Of a stretch of 64,000 bases of DNA, positions 38,664-51,953 are shown piece after piece. The notes beneath the pieces were generated by a model. The model saw nothing but the letters and a program-made list of their open reading frames with translations. It was not told the origin of the DNA and did not search any database. Made by a program: the position numbers and the translations under genes. Source of the stretch: Harriotta raleighana (Eukaryota); the NCBI GenBank assembly GCA_050575255.1, contig JBNZDD010013730.1, forward strand, positions 7,842,012 through 7,906,011. Reading direction: 5' to 3'. Positions within the stretch are counted from its first letter, which is position 1. Each line of letters starts with the position of its first letter.

Positions 38664-39955
38664 TATATCACGATCGATTATCAACATATTCCACTGTCAG
38701 TTTATTTGTGAGAACAAAATGCTGATAGACTGAAAAATGTGGTTTATGAACGCATGGTGTAATACAGTTTGGGATTTATTTATGAGTTTTATTGTTAGGA
38801 TAAAGTTAAAATAAATGAGCATTTTATTAGTCAGAAGCAAATGGCTAAAAATTATGCAGTCTCCTGGATTAAGAAAAGGATTTACTATAGCATACTGAAA
38901 AGATTAAATTATGCACAGATTGTCTGTCCTGAACTCGAGACAGCTTAACTTCTGGTTGTCAAAGCTACCACTACTACATTGCAATAATGACATTAGAATT
39001 ATAGTCCTTCGCCAAGGTCAGGGCAAACTGTCATATCTTGCACAAACTACGGTAATAATATATTAGTTACTGACACTCTTGGATACAATTGTAGAAAATA
39101 GTATACAATGGCCATAATATATTATTTAGCAATTGACATCAATTGAAACTTTATTCAATATAATTTTCGAAGATGATACAATTTTTTTTTAATATTACAG
39201 GCTGTTTTTCCGGATTTCCACCACAGAAAAGCATGGCATAGGCATTCAACTGTTCAGATGGTAAATTTGGTTAAATGTGTAGAGAAACATTTAGTGTGTA
39301 GAATAACCCTTTAATGTGTGTAATGACCCTTATCTGACTGCAAATTGAACTGAATATCTAAGAATATACAATTAGAAAAGTCTAAATCAAGATGGCTTGA
39401 TTTGGGGAGGCTACAACATCTCAAGCAATGATAGTATCAGAGAATTGCACATGAAAAATATCTATCTTTTAAACGCAATGACAATGAGATTGTTAGAGGC
39501 ATTTGTGGCCAACTTGTTAGTTAGTTAAATGTGTCACACTAACATTATTTTGACTTAGTTTTTGCTTACAGTCTGCAAAGCTAAGTATTGTATTGTACTC
39601 AATACAGTATATTGAAATGTTATAAACTACGCTAATATATCTAAACCCACTAAAGAAGAGCAATGGAACAATGAAGCAGATTGTTTAATTTAAAGTTTGT
39701 ACAAAGAGAACATTTAATGTCTGGCACTGTTAAATTGTATCCAATACTATAACAGTATTTCACCAGGGTAGGTAGTGCTGATACTCAATGTTGAGAAATA
39801 TGACCCAAGATATTTAAATAGATGGACTAAAGCAGATCAGAATAGATTACAAATTGGACATGGGTGATCAGAGATGCGTTATATTGACTGTACATAGAGA
39901 GACTCTGAAACTTTAGTACAGATTTGATTTTATTGCAAACCATAGTAACTCAATA

Positions 39956-40447
39956 CAGTAAAAGCCCATGTATCCAGCACCCTCAGGGGGGTGAGGGTTA
40001 ATTGAATATGCCGTATATTCGGGCGGCAAGTTGCCAAAATCCTACACAAAAAATTAACTTATTTTAAAACATACCATATTAATAATAGACTAAATAGTAA
40101 CAGAATATTGTATGGATACTTACCAATAAAGCATTCCAGCACAGTCGGTAAAATGATTGGTAAAAAGGCATTCCAGCATTCGTAAGTCTAATAAGTGCGC
40201 TTGCGCACTCATTGCATGCTTGCTCAAAGTGAACATACTCGCGATTGCTGNAGCACAGTCGGTAAAATGATTGGTAAAAAGGCATTCCAGCATTCGTAAG
40301 TCTAATAAGTGCGCTTGCGCACTCATTGCATGCTTGCTCAAAGTGAACATACTCGCTATTGCTGGAATGGTGAATTGTATCGAGAGGCAACCTGTTGGGG
40401 GTTGATCGTTCCGGTTGGTTGGGTGCCGGATAAACAAGCTTTTAATG
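39956..40447. mobile_element. Tc1/mariner-superfamily (Tigger/pogo-like) MITE
   Basis: TA at 39954-39955 and 40448-40449; 27-bp TIRs cagtaaaagcccatgtatccagcaccc vs reverse complement cattaaaagcttgtttatccggcaccc; internal inverted repeats; no transposase. Confidence 0.88.
40138..40364. repeat. N-joined tandem duplicate (113 bp x2) inside the MITE, probable artefact
   Basis: N at 40251; copies differ at ctcgcgattg/ctcgctattg. Confidence 0.85.
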
Positions 40448-40819
40448 TATTTGGTTTTATTAAAAGTACAACTTTGAAGTGGCTGTCACATTTCTTTTAG
40501 CTGGTGAATTTCAAAGTCTGAAATGGTATGCAGAATCTGTTCTTGGAGTCATGCCTCTTTTTATTTAAATCTGGAGGGGCTCAGGTTTAGGATTAATAAG
40601 AGTCAAAGCTTCATAACCACAGAGTGTGTATTGTGGTTCTGTTGGTGTTTGACCAGTTAAAACCCCATAGATTGCCATTGAAAGTATTGCTTGGCAAGTT
40701 GCTTATCCAGCTAAGACCACCCTACCCTGAGATTTGAGTTTGGGCTTTGAATTGTAGGGTTAATAGGGGTTGATTGACACTTGATACGAATGACATTTAG
40801 TCCATCTGTGACCAGGGCT

Positions 40820-41235
40820 ACCTCTGTCTCCTTGTTCTCCTTGACCATTCTGCTGCCTTTCACGCTGTTGATCACTCTTATTGTCCTTCACTGTCTTTAT
40901 TGTCACATCAACCTTTATGATCCTGTCCTTGACTGGTTCAGATCCTAACATCCATACCATCTCAACAAAGGCCTTTCCTTCCTACTTCGCTGCTAACCCC
41001 ATATAAGCCTGTCCACATCCTCTGCCCTGGCCTACTCCATGTCCCTTGGCCACCCCTCCTTTGGTGTCCGGGCCTTCAGCCTCTCTCCCCTACATCCTTT
41101 GGAACTCCATCCCACAGTCCCTTCACCTTGCTTCCTTCCTGCTTCATTCAAGGCACGTATCAAGACTCTCCTCTTTGACAGCACCTTCAGCCACCCTCAT
41201 ACACCAACCCACCCAATACTCCACCCCTCCTGATC
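40820..41235 (+). mobile_element. L2 LINE 3' fragment
   Basis: C/T-rich; ORF track shows FGVRAFS, ILWNSIPQSL and SFKARIKTLLF, the L2 ORF2 C-terminal motifs, split by frameshifts. Confidence 0.85.
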
Positions 41236-41310
41236 CCAATTGGGAGGGCATATGCAGTCTGCAGAAAACTAGCAAAAGATTTTGTGTATGACTACTTGTT
41301 AGTAGTCTAA

Positions 41311-41454
41311 TATTCTGATGGGTGTTTGATAATAGGCCAAGAATGCAACAACAACAACAACAAGAAAATTACATTTGTGTAGTNTATTCTGATGGGTGTT
41401 TGATAATAGGCCAAGAATGCAACAACAACAACAAGAAAATTACATTTGTGTAGT
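41311..41454. repeat. N-joined duplicate differing by one CAA unit, probable allelic artefact
   Basis: N at 41384; (caa)n is one unit longer in the first copy. Confidence 0.85.
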
Positions 41455-42687
41455 TCCTTTCAGCTCGGGAGGACGTCTCATAATAGGAGTATCTGGAAGG
41501 ATAGTTTCAATAATAACTTGCAGAATTATTGTTTTTTACAGGTACTTCAGTCACATTCCACCACTCACATCTATCTACTGCAATTAGTAAAAGCACTGTT
41601 AGTCATTAATGAAGAATATTTAATATTTTAGTGCCTGTGTTAAATTTTTTTAATAGAATAGGTCAGTTTCCATTGGTAAAGGATGTACCCTATTACATGT
41701 TGTATTGCTTACGAATGGGTCAATGTGCAGATTGAAGTGCCCTGTAACTACTAAACACATAAAAGAGCTGCATTGATGGGGAAAACCATCTTATGGGCTG
41801 TGGCTAAGCATTGGTGACATGTGATGCCTGTTAGCTACTGGCAAGGTCATTACACAGCGCTGGCACTAGTTGAAACTGGGCTTTTTCTTTCAAATTGTCA
41901 TGGTTGATGAAGGGGAATTCTGTCAGAATCGACAAGGTGCTGAAGTACAAGAAAAGTGTAACACTGTAGGGAGGAAGGTGATTAAATATTAATTTGCCTG
42001 CTGCATTGAAAAAAATGACATGGAAAAATACAGTGAAAAGGTGGAACCCTATGCTAAAGAAATGTGTATTCATGTTGCAGGATAGAGTGGAATAACTTAA
42101 CTGAATTAATCTTTAGTTTACACCATTATCCCCCCCCAAAGTATATAAAAGGAAATGGTTTATTTTCATCAATAACCACCAGGTATGGGGCAGGTCAGGT
42201 TCCAGGAGATTTCCACAGGTTACTGAGCTACAAGTCCAACATTATTACAAGAGAACAGAAGGTATAACAGACTCCAATTGCACAGTGTGCAAATCATGCA
42301 AAATTATTGTATTTTACTTCATTTGTACTGGAATTGCAGAAGGCTGTTTTACTGACTATTGTTACCGTTACTCTGTGTTATTTGATACTAGTATTGGCTT
42401 GGGTCATTAGTAGATCATCTGGGTCACAAGGTTGCGGGTTTGCGACCCATATTGGAAAATTTATTATTAATAATAATACTTTTAGTATTAGAGAGATATT
42501 TATTAAAAAATATACTTTACAATAATCTTCATTTGAGTTCATACCATAAAAATATCCTTAGAACATAAATAATGGTAATCCATGCATATGAGTTAATTCA
42601 CAGGCTGGGCTACAAATATGGAAGATCATCGATCTGTCTACAAAGATAATGTGTGAATGTGGGAAAACAGAAATCAGATTATATCAT

Positions 42688-42917
42688 TTTAATAAAACTA
42701 TTTATGTAATATATAAGCAAAGGGAGATTTAGAAAATAATTCACTGAGGAGAAATGAGTTAGCTCATTTAAAAGGAAAAGTAACATTTTGAAGAGAGATT
42801 TTAGATATGGNTTTAATAAAACTATTTATGTAATATATAAGCAAAGGGAGATTTAGAAAATCATTCACTGAGGAGAAATGAGTTAGCTCATTTAGAAGGA
42901 AAAGTAACATTTTGAAG
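42688..42917. repeat. N-joined duplicate (~106 bp x2), probable allelic artefact
   Basis: N at 42811; substitutions aataattc/aatcattc and tttaaaagg/tttagaagg; divergent 3' continuation. Confidence 0.85.
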
Positions 42918-43754
42918 ATATCCAAAAATATCCAATGCCAAGGAAATCTGATCTGCATGAAAACAAAATTGAAGTGGTATTTCAGAGGTAAAAAGGGCCT
43001 AAGAGCCCTGGTAAATTATTTGTGCATTTGCCAATTGGTCGAGAAGAAATTCAATAATTTCAAACACTTCCTTCATATCACGAAAGATAATAATTGATTC
43101 TCAGTCCAGCCTTTTACAGTCGAGTTTCTGAGTTTGCGAGCTGTTTCCAAAACACCTGCTGAGTACAAGGGATCAGCTAACAATACCTTTCAATTTTCCC
43201 CTCAGGCAAGTTCTGCTGCATCCATTGAGTATGTGTTTTATTTTCCTTCCTATGTGCAGCACCTTATAGCTCTTCTTATTGAACTTGATTTGCAAGTGAT
43301 CAACTCTGGTAAACTCTTCATGTAAGAATCTTGGCTTCATTCTCAGACTTCATGGTTTCTCTTCGTCCTTTTTGGTTATCACCTGAATATACACCCCTCC
43401 GCCAATTCCATCTTGTTTCTCTTGTTTCTGCTCTTCTACCTTTCTTGAGTCTGTCACTAATTCATGGGTGATGAAAATGTTGTGAAACATCATTTGAGCT
43501 GTTGTGAAAATAGAACAATTATTATCTTGAGAATGTAGGTGTATTCCAGAATGCTTTTCTGATATGCTGGATCTTTCTGACTTTGTGTATGATTACGTAC
43601 ATCCAGAATCAGCCACGCTTGTTTTAATCCATATCACTTTGGATAGTATTGCATTTATGTTAAATTTGGATACATTGATTCATATAAAACTATTGCCATT
43701 CTCCAACAGCCAACTCATGCAATTTATCATCCATCAAAGTATCCGATTATAATG

Positions 43755-43925
43755 CAGTGTGACATGTTTAGAATATTGGCAGATCTAAATCCAAGAAAAT
43801 TGCTGGTACAGACAGTGTCATTTTTATTAACATGGAACTCTGAATTTTATCAGAATCCAAGTACTGTACTTTAATATGATTGGAGTATATTATTCCCAGG
43901 GTCCTGAAAAGGCTGTGGTATTTTT
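43755..43925 (+). mobile_element. Possible highly degraded non-LTR retrotransposon RT fragment
   Basis: Frameshifted translation DMFRILADLNPRK/AGTDSV resembles LxxLNPxKAAGPDG; downstream FPGS*K/AVV resembles FPxxWKxAxV. Confidence 0.35.
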
Positions 43926-44390
43926 GGTCTCCACGTTATTAATCATTGCTTTGGCAACACAGATGTGATGATCTCCAAGTGATTGTCAACATGGCTTCCA
44001 CAATTATCCGTTAGATATTGTGGACTGGATGGGACATGAAATATCATCTACAGAAGCATGAACAATCTCAAAGCATAAAAGTGAGAGCTACTGTCACCTT
44101 TGTTAATAGGAAAGCTATATATTCGCGATGGAATCAGTTTCCAAATTGGCCTTCAAATCCTAATAGAGGTCAATAACTGCTTGCTATGACAACCAACATC
44201 TCTGAAGCCACAGCCTGTCATAGAAGTATATATAATTAGGATTGTATGGCACAGAATATGCATTGAAAGATACCCCTACCTCCACCTCGCACTTTTTGCC
44301 TTGTCCTATGAATTCTTAGATTGCATTTTTGTCCTGCCTTCCTGTCACTTTAAAGGAAAAAAAGGTTTCCCCTCTTCTCTGTTGCTCGGT

Positions 44391-44693
44391 TATTATTAAT
44401 AATAATCCCTACATTTGATATAGCGCATTTCCCGTCTTCTAGATGTCTCAAAGCGCTTTGCAGAATATACTGTAAAGTAAATTAACTGTATATTTGTGGG
44501 CGAGATGCAGCAGCCAATTGCACACAGCAGTGTCTCACAAACAGTCATGGGTTGAAGTGTTCAATTTATTATTGTTTTTGTTTTTGGTGAGGGATTACAA
44601 TCAGGCGTATTGAGTATGGAAACTTGCTGAAGGTTTCGCCATGCCGGGAAACGAACCCTAGTATTTCATGTGCTGCACTGAACTATAGGACTC
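44391..44693 (-). mobile_element. Young SINE, short form, near full length
   Basis: aataatccctacatttgatatagcgc tail; gcagccaattgcacacagcagtgtc; ggaaacttgc; ggaaacgaaccc; actgaactataggactc. Confidence 0.92.
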
Positions 44694-47074
44694 TATATTG
44701 CTAATGTTTAAGATGTGGTTATATCAATATGCAGTTACAATCTGCATATGACATGGTGCAATGTCATTGGTTATGCACCTAATTGATGCATTATTTATGT
44801 CTGAAGATAGTTGAATGCAATGTTTTTTCTCGTGCAACAAAATGTAAGCCCAAAATTCCATGCTTGGTTGCACATTGGTCACCAAAGACAAAGACAACAA
44901 AAACACAAAATCACATACTGAGACAATAATAAATACCTTTTGCACTTAATTTCATTGTTGATTGCAGTTTGTGCAAAAGTCTCAGCATTTCCTAGAATAA
45001 GGAGTAGAAATGTCAGCCAGAGCTTTCTCTCTTTGTTGTTAGAAACTGTGTTGGAAACTGGGTCTATGAATATTGTGTAAACGAGGATTGGATTCAGTTG
45101 TGGTTGCCTCATTTTTCTGGGGGGGTGAATATCCGACTGACATCTACTGCATACACTCAGGTGTGAAGATTGGACAAGGTACGTGAGGGCAGTTTGTGGC
45201 TATGGAAGCACATTTTCCCAAATGTTAGCAGCTTCGGGGATGACAATATTAAACAGAACATGTTTTTCAATGATTATGTGATGACTCTATAATGCCTGGT
45301 ACTGAAAACCCCCAAAACTATAATCATTTTAGATGTTCAAATGCGTATATTGCAGACGTGAGATGAAAATACAAAACGAAGATAAGGTCACATTAAAAGA
45401 TGAAGGGTAATGTTGCCTTCTTGGAAATAAATATACATGCTAACTGCAGAACCCAAGTGTTTGTGAATTGTTCAGACCTGCTGTCTTGTGTGGTTTAAAG
45501 GAGTAACTATAGATTTTACAATGATTACCGCTGGCACCAAAACACATACAAAACCTGATTTATCAGGGTAGCGATTCTGCGCTAAATTGTGAAAACAGCC
45601 TGATCCTGTTTGTTTGAATTTGTTTTAATGAGTTGATCTACTTGATGATGTTGTAATGGTGAATAATTAGAATTTCCCCCACATTGAACAGCCCAGGAAG
45701 AGTTTTAATGTCAAAACCCTTCATAAAACCACCTCAGACTGGCAAATGACTGGTTTTCTATCAGAGCAGGCCTGCATTTAATTCAAGCTTGTGGCAATTG
45801 TATTGCTGAGTCTGATCTGTAGCATAGTACATCCTCAAGCATCTTTCAAGTGGGCCATTGACCTCCAATTGAGTGAAACCAGAGCTGATGAAATTCACAG
45901 AATGCAAACTACTTCCATGATTGCTATTCATTTTTCATTCAGTGACTGGTGTGTTATCTTTTGGGGATTCCCTGGCAGTAGATGACATTCACTTAAGAAC
46001 TTTGCTGTTTCAGCAAGCTTTCTGTTTCAAAGTGTACACTTGAGTATCTGACTAATTGCAAGCCATGCAAATTCACACTCAATGGTAAAAGGAAAAGACT
46101 TGTTCATTCTGTCTGTGTGTGTGTCTCTCTCTTGCATTTTGATTTTTGAAAAATATTTCATCATTATCTGATTCACTTTGATATAGAATTAGTATTTTTC
46201 TACCGGAGTGCAGATTTTCTTGAACCAAAAGGTGATATTATTTACATAGTGTTACGCCTCCAAAACAAGGCCATTTCTAATGCTCACAAAGAGGTTTTGC
46301 TGCTCTCACCCTTTGATGCAATGTAAATAAACACAATGGTTCATTTAATGTGTAGACCTCCTTAATTCAGACATAGCATAGATTGTTAAAGATAAATAAT
46401 GAAAAAGAAAGGCATCCCATCCTGACGCATCTATACTATAGTCTGACTATCTGCCAGAGTCCGCTTCCTCTGTGTGAGCATTCTCCATCTAGTTTAAGTC
46501 CAGCTGAAGTAAAGCATCGGGTTTGGGAGATTCAAGAAAAGTTAAAATGTTGCTTTATTGGAAAGATGCCTTTCTTTACTCTATTGGGCCTTTACACATA
46601 TGTTAGTTCATATTCCTAAAGTAACAAATGGCTTTTACTACATGTGATGACACCATTTCAATGTACAATATTTTATATTTGCTTTCAACTAATCATGGTG
46701 GACACAAGCTCTATATTTTACACTGTGGATCTTGTATTCAATATTCATTCCTGTACTGGTACTGTGGAGTTTTGCAATCATCCACTCTAAGGATAATTTC
46801 AACAAGCATCTCTCTCCCAAGAGAGAGTTCCTGATTTCATAAGGGGATTAATACGTGTTCATTTTCTTCATATTACAGTACTCCCAACTAGAATGAAGAA
46901 TAATTAAAAGGATTTTTTTTAACCAGCTGTGAAATTTATCCTATTCATACAGTTGAATGTAGCTTGTGCTTGATTATTATTATCAACTAGAAATGTATAT
47001 CTCATGTCATATTCAGGCATCATCTATGAATTTTATATTTTCATAGCTTGTTTTTTCGAGCTACAAAAGCATAA

Positions 47075-47182
47075 AAATCCTTGTACCTGTATTTCATGTA
47101 GCACTTTCTACATCATCAAGCTGTCTTAAAGCGCTTTGCAGTATATTCTGTAAGATGAGGTAAGTATGTATTTTGTGTGCGA
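47075..47182 (-). mobile_element. Degraded SINE tail
   Basis: aatccttg..tagcactttctacatcatcaagctgtcttaaagcgctttgcagtatattctgtaa. Confidence 0.65.
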
Positions 47183-48204
47183 GAGTCCTTAAAGTCTTTT
47201 TTCAAGAGAGTTTATTTTCCTCTTCTTATCTAGTGACAATAAGGACAGGAAAATGACAAGTGAAACTATATTTTAATGCTACTTAATGCTGAAAAATACC
47301 TTGAACAATAAGCTGTTTGATGTAGTATAGGATTTAGCACTTAGACTTTCCTTAGCCTTACAATCAAAAAATCCCATCATGTTCAATCTGAACTACTTAA
47401 AAAATATAAATTTCAGTTAGCAACAAAATGCATGAACTGAATCTGGCCTAGCAGAATCCAAAGTATACATTTTCCAGGGTAAGAAGGTGGCAGCAAAGCA
47501 TCACAAGATGAACACATTTAATATTCTGTCAATGGGGTCTTAAATCTTACATTCAGAATTAGACTACAGGAACTACAGCAGAGTTTCCAAAGAATTAGAA
47601 AAAAAAATCTTCTGTGAATGATTAACTGTCAGAACATCAGAGATTTATTTAACATTAACAAAAGGCATTGGTGCAACTTAAATCAACTTAGCTCCTGCAT
47701 ATAAACCTTATTGAAACATGAGAATATTGAATGAATACAGAATGTTCCTTCAGGTGGCTGGAGTCTTGTGACATATGTACACATTTGATAATATTATATT
47801 CTTTTATCAAAAACATGCTTTCAAAAAGAAAAAAATCTATTACATTGATAAATAAAGATGATGATAAAAATACTGAATGTTGAAGGGTAATTTAACAATT
47901 CAGCTCACCCTTCACGAAACACTGCATGAATTTTAATTTTCTGTTCAATAAAAGCCCAATTAATAAATTGGGGGAACTGGGATGTATGAATCAATCTCAT
48001 TTAATTTTTAAGAATGTGGTAAAATACATCTTATTCTTGACAGATTAGACAGATTTTAATTCGTTTTAAAATCTTGTCATTTTACAGAAGTGCAACAACT
48101 TGCAGCACCCCTCATGCAGTGTGGTTTCCCAGAGGACGTAAGACCATTTCTCTCAGGAGTTTGAGTTGATTTTTCAACTTCTTCTGTAAAGATCCCTGCA
48201 TATT

Positions 48205-48570
48205 CTTGTTCAGAAGGTTGTGGGCTCAAACCACACGTTAAGATTTGAACTCATAATAGCCTCACACCCCAATGCAACATTGACAAATGCCAAATTATTG
48301 TGGTACATTTTGCCATTCTTTAAATGTGACAGCCTGCCTGTTTGGGTGAATGTTATAGATACCTTGACACTATTTGAAAAGAGAAGGGACACTTTCCTTG
48401 TGACCCTGACAATAATTTGCAGATTAAATTGATCTTTCACCTTGTGGCAGCATGTGGTAACTCACTGGTGTGTCAGCCAGCCAAAATAGTCTCTATATTT
48501 GAAAGTAATTATATGTGAGGCACTTCGGATGCTTGTGAAAGTGATTTCTAAACAAAAGTTCTTTCTAAAA
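48205..48570 (+). mobile_element. Old Deu-domain SINE
   Basis: cagaaggttgtgggctcaaacc head; ggtgaatgttatagataccttgacactatttgaaaagagaaggg Deu domain; tail cacttcggatgcttgtgaaagtg..aaagttctttct. Confidence 0.75.
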
Positions 48571-49906
48571 CAAAGTTCTTTCTTTATCAAAGTTTGAATC
48601 CTCTTGGAGTAGAAGTAAACTCTAAAGGACATAGCAAAGTTTTTTTTTAAAAAAACACACAGTGATGTTCACTTTGTCCTGGTATAAATTATTAAGGTTC
48701 ATTCCACACGATTTTTGATTTGTTTCTATCCAGGTTGGAAGCAGAGTATCTGACAAGCTCCTTTAGCTCTAGTTTGTGTGTTGGCTCTAGGCATGTTTAA
48801 CATACAAAACGGTGAACAAAAAGAGTTGCACAAAACAATAATGGACCATACTTCCAACAAAGCAACAAGCTGTTGTTTATCTTAACATACTATTAACATT
48901 GAAGGAACAGTTACAAAATCTCTATATACGAATGACTGGGAGAAAAGAGATCACACTTAATCTATTCCCAGCAGCCACCCGACTCTCAGATTACCTCTGT
49001 CACATTACAAAAATCTGTCAACCATTCAAAAGCAATTACACAGAGGATGTCAAGTACTGTCTTGCCAGCTGTCCCTTCCTTCCACAGAGGTTTCTGTTGC
49101 CCAGTTCCTGATGGGAATGTCATCGCCTACTTTCCTTTTCATTTGTCAGTCCACTTCATTATGCTAATACCACTCTGCTTTCAGGAACGAAGCAAAGAGG
49201 TTAACCACCAAAGAGAATCCATAGAAATTTATACTTATTGAGACATGCAGTACTTAATTATAGCTAAATGATGCTTGTTCAGGTAAACACTATCATGGCA
49301 TTATTTGAAAAGAGAAGGATATTTCTTCTGATATTCTGGCAAGCAATCCTCTGTATAAATTAATCCTTCCCAACATGGGTATTTACAATACAATGCAATA
49401 CAAGTTACAATACAATTTGCATTTAAATAATGCTTTTCACTTTGGGAGAATGTCTCAAAGCACTCAGTACTGATTGATAAAATGAGTTCTGTCTTAAATA
49501 CTGTTATCATCCTAAAAGATTTCCAAATACCAGGTCTGGAAACACTTGGGCAATTGTGAATTTGTAACTCCACATAAACCCTACCACTGACTTCTATACT
49601 TTATGATACTTTGGAAAGTAACAACTCACAGTTTTAATTTCTGGTTGCAATAGAAATACTATTCAAGTTCTGGAGGCAGTCCCCTGCAGTTTGGTAATTT
49701 TAGAGCAACATATACAAGTATCAGTTCTATTCTATCCATTATAACTTTGTTTTGTTGAGGATTAAGGTCTTCTCTGCACCATTCAGTCTGCATTGATTTA
49801 CCTCAGACCAGCTCAGCATGTCTATTCTCACCCAGTTCTGCCTCAGGAGCTATCTATCCTCAAAGGATGACCCTTCCATCCTCACAATGACCCCAGGAGA
49901 TTATGT

Positions 49907-50289
49907 AATATAATAATTTGCATTGAAATAATGTCTTATCACTTCATTGAGCGGTGTCAAAGTGCTTCACAGGATTTTACAATAAAGTGGATTTCCTGCG
50001 TATATGTAGGTGAATACGGTAGCCAATTTGCATGCACCTCCAACCAATTTTAACTGGGGTTTATTTGCCGGGACACATACAAACATCTTTCTCCCCTTAA
50101 ATAATAGTTCCATGGGATCTTTAATGCCTGCAGATGGGATCTGGATATTGCTTTTTATCTGAAGGACAGCCCCTCCATTAATGCAACACTTCCCAACACT
50201 TGAGTGTGAGTTACAAGTATCAGTGTGGGGCTCAAACCTGCAACCTTCTAGTTTGGAGGCGAGAGTGCGATCAATTGAACCAGGATGAC
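49907..50289 (-). mobile_element. Old Deu-domain SINE (copy 1 of the 2-kb duplicate)
   Basis: taataatttgcattg tail, agccaatttgca, aatagttccatgggatcttta, ggggctcaaacctgcaaccttct..gagagtgc head. Confidence 0.78.
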
Positions 50290-50807
50290 AAGATAATTTA
50301 TCAAGCTTGAAAGGGCTGAGAGGGTCCACTGAGATTCAAATACAGAAATGTTCAGTTCCATGTCCTCATGCACAACTGATTGAGTTACCTGGAATGTGTT
50401 TCTCGTAATAAGTGCTTTTAATGTGTTTTGTTTAGCTCTCTGTAACTTCTGTAGCACAAAGAAAGTGCTGTACAGTATCATTGCAATTTTTTTTAAACCT
50501 GTCATATGTTTATTTTGGAAAGCAAACCCAAATCATCAGATTACAAATCACAATTACTTAATAATATTAATATTTTCAATCAATTTAATGGGGAGAAGTG
50601 TCACTAACTTCCATGCACAGGCAAACCTTATAATACTGTGGTCTCTGAGTGTAGTAGCACAGAGGATGTATTACAAATGAAGTACAATTAATATGGCTGA
50701 CTTTGGATTCTCATATCAACACAAGAATAATTTCCTGAGTGCTGAGTATGTACACTTGAGCAAAAAATCCTATTGATGTTGCTTCCTTCATGAAGTGTTT
50801 CCTGCAA

Positions 50808-50886
50808 ATAATAATAATCCTTGCATTTGATACAGCACTTTTCATATCTTCTAGATGTCTTAAAACACTTCATAGTATATACTGTA
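50808..50886 (-). mobile_element. Young SINE tail cut off at the N junction
   Basis: aataataatccttgcatttgatacagcac..; duplicate of the start of the 52853 copy. Confidence 0.85.
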
Positions 50887-51953
50887 NATGGACCATACTT
50901 CCAACAAAGCAACAAGCTGTTGTTTATCTTAACATACTATTAACATTGAAAGAACAGTTACAAAATCTCTATATACGAATGACTGGGAGAAAAGAGATCA
51001 CACTTAATCTATTCCCAGCAGCCACCCGACTCTCAGATTACCTCTGTCACATTACAAAAATCTGTCAACCATTCAAAAGCAATTACACAGAGGATGTCAA
51101 GTACTGTCTTGCCAGCTGTCCCTTCCTTCCACAGAGGTTTCTGTTGCCCAGTTCCTGATGGGAATGTCATCGCCTACTTTCCTTTTCATTTGTCAGTCCA
51201 CTTCATTATGCTAATACCACTCTGCTTTCAGGAATGAAGCAAAGAGGTTAACCACCAAAGAGAATCCATAGAAATTTATACTTATTGAGACATGCAGTAC
51301 TTAATTATAGCTAAATGATGCTTGTTCAGGTAAACACTATCATGGCATTATTTGAAAAGAGAAGGATATTTCTTCTGATATTCTGGCAAGCAATCCTCTG
51401 TATAAATTAATCCTTCCCAACATGGGTATTTACAATACAATGCAATACAAGTTACAATACAATTTGCATTTAAATAATGCTTTTCACTTTGGGAGAATGT
51501 CTCAAAGCACTCAGTACTGATTGATAAAATGAGTTCTGTCTTAAATACTGTTATCATCCTAAAAGATTTCCAAATACCAGGTCTGGAAACACTTGGGCAA
51601 TTGTGAATTTGTAACTCCACATAAACCCTACCACTGACTTCTATACTTTATGATACTTTGGAAAGTAACAACTCACAGTTTTAATTTCTGGTTGCAATAG
51701 AAATACTATTCAAGTTCTGGAGGCAGTCCCCTGCAGTTTGGTAATTTTAGAGCAACATATACAAGTATCAGTTCTATTCTATCCATTATAACTTTGTTTT
51801 GTTGAGGATTAAGGTCTTCTCTGCACCATTCAGTCTGCATTGATTTACCTCAGACCAGCTCAGCATGTCTATTCTCACCCAGTTCTGCCTCAGGAGCTAT
51901 CTATCCTCAAAGGATGACCCTTCCATCCTCACAATGACCCCAGGAGATTATGT

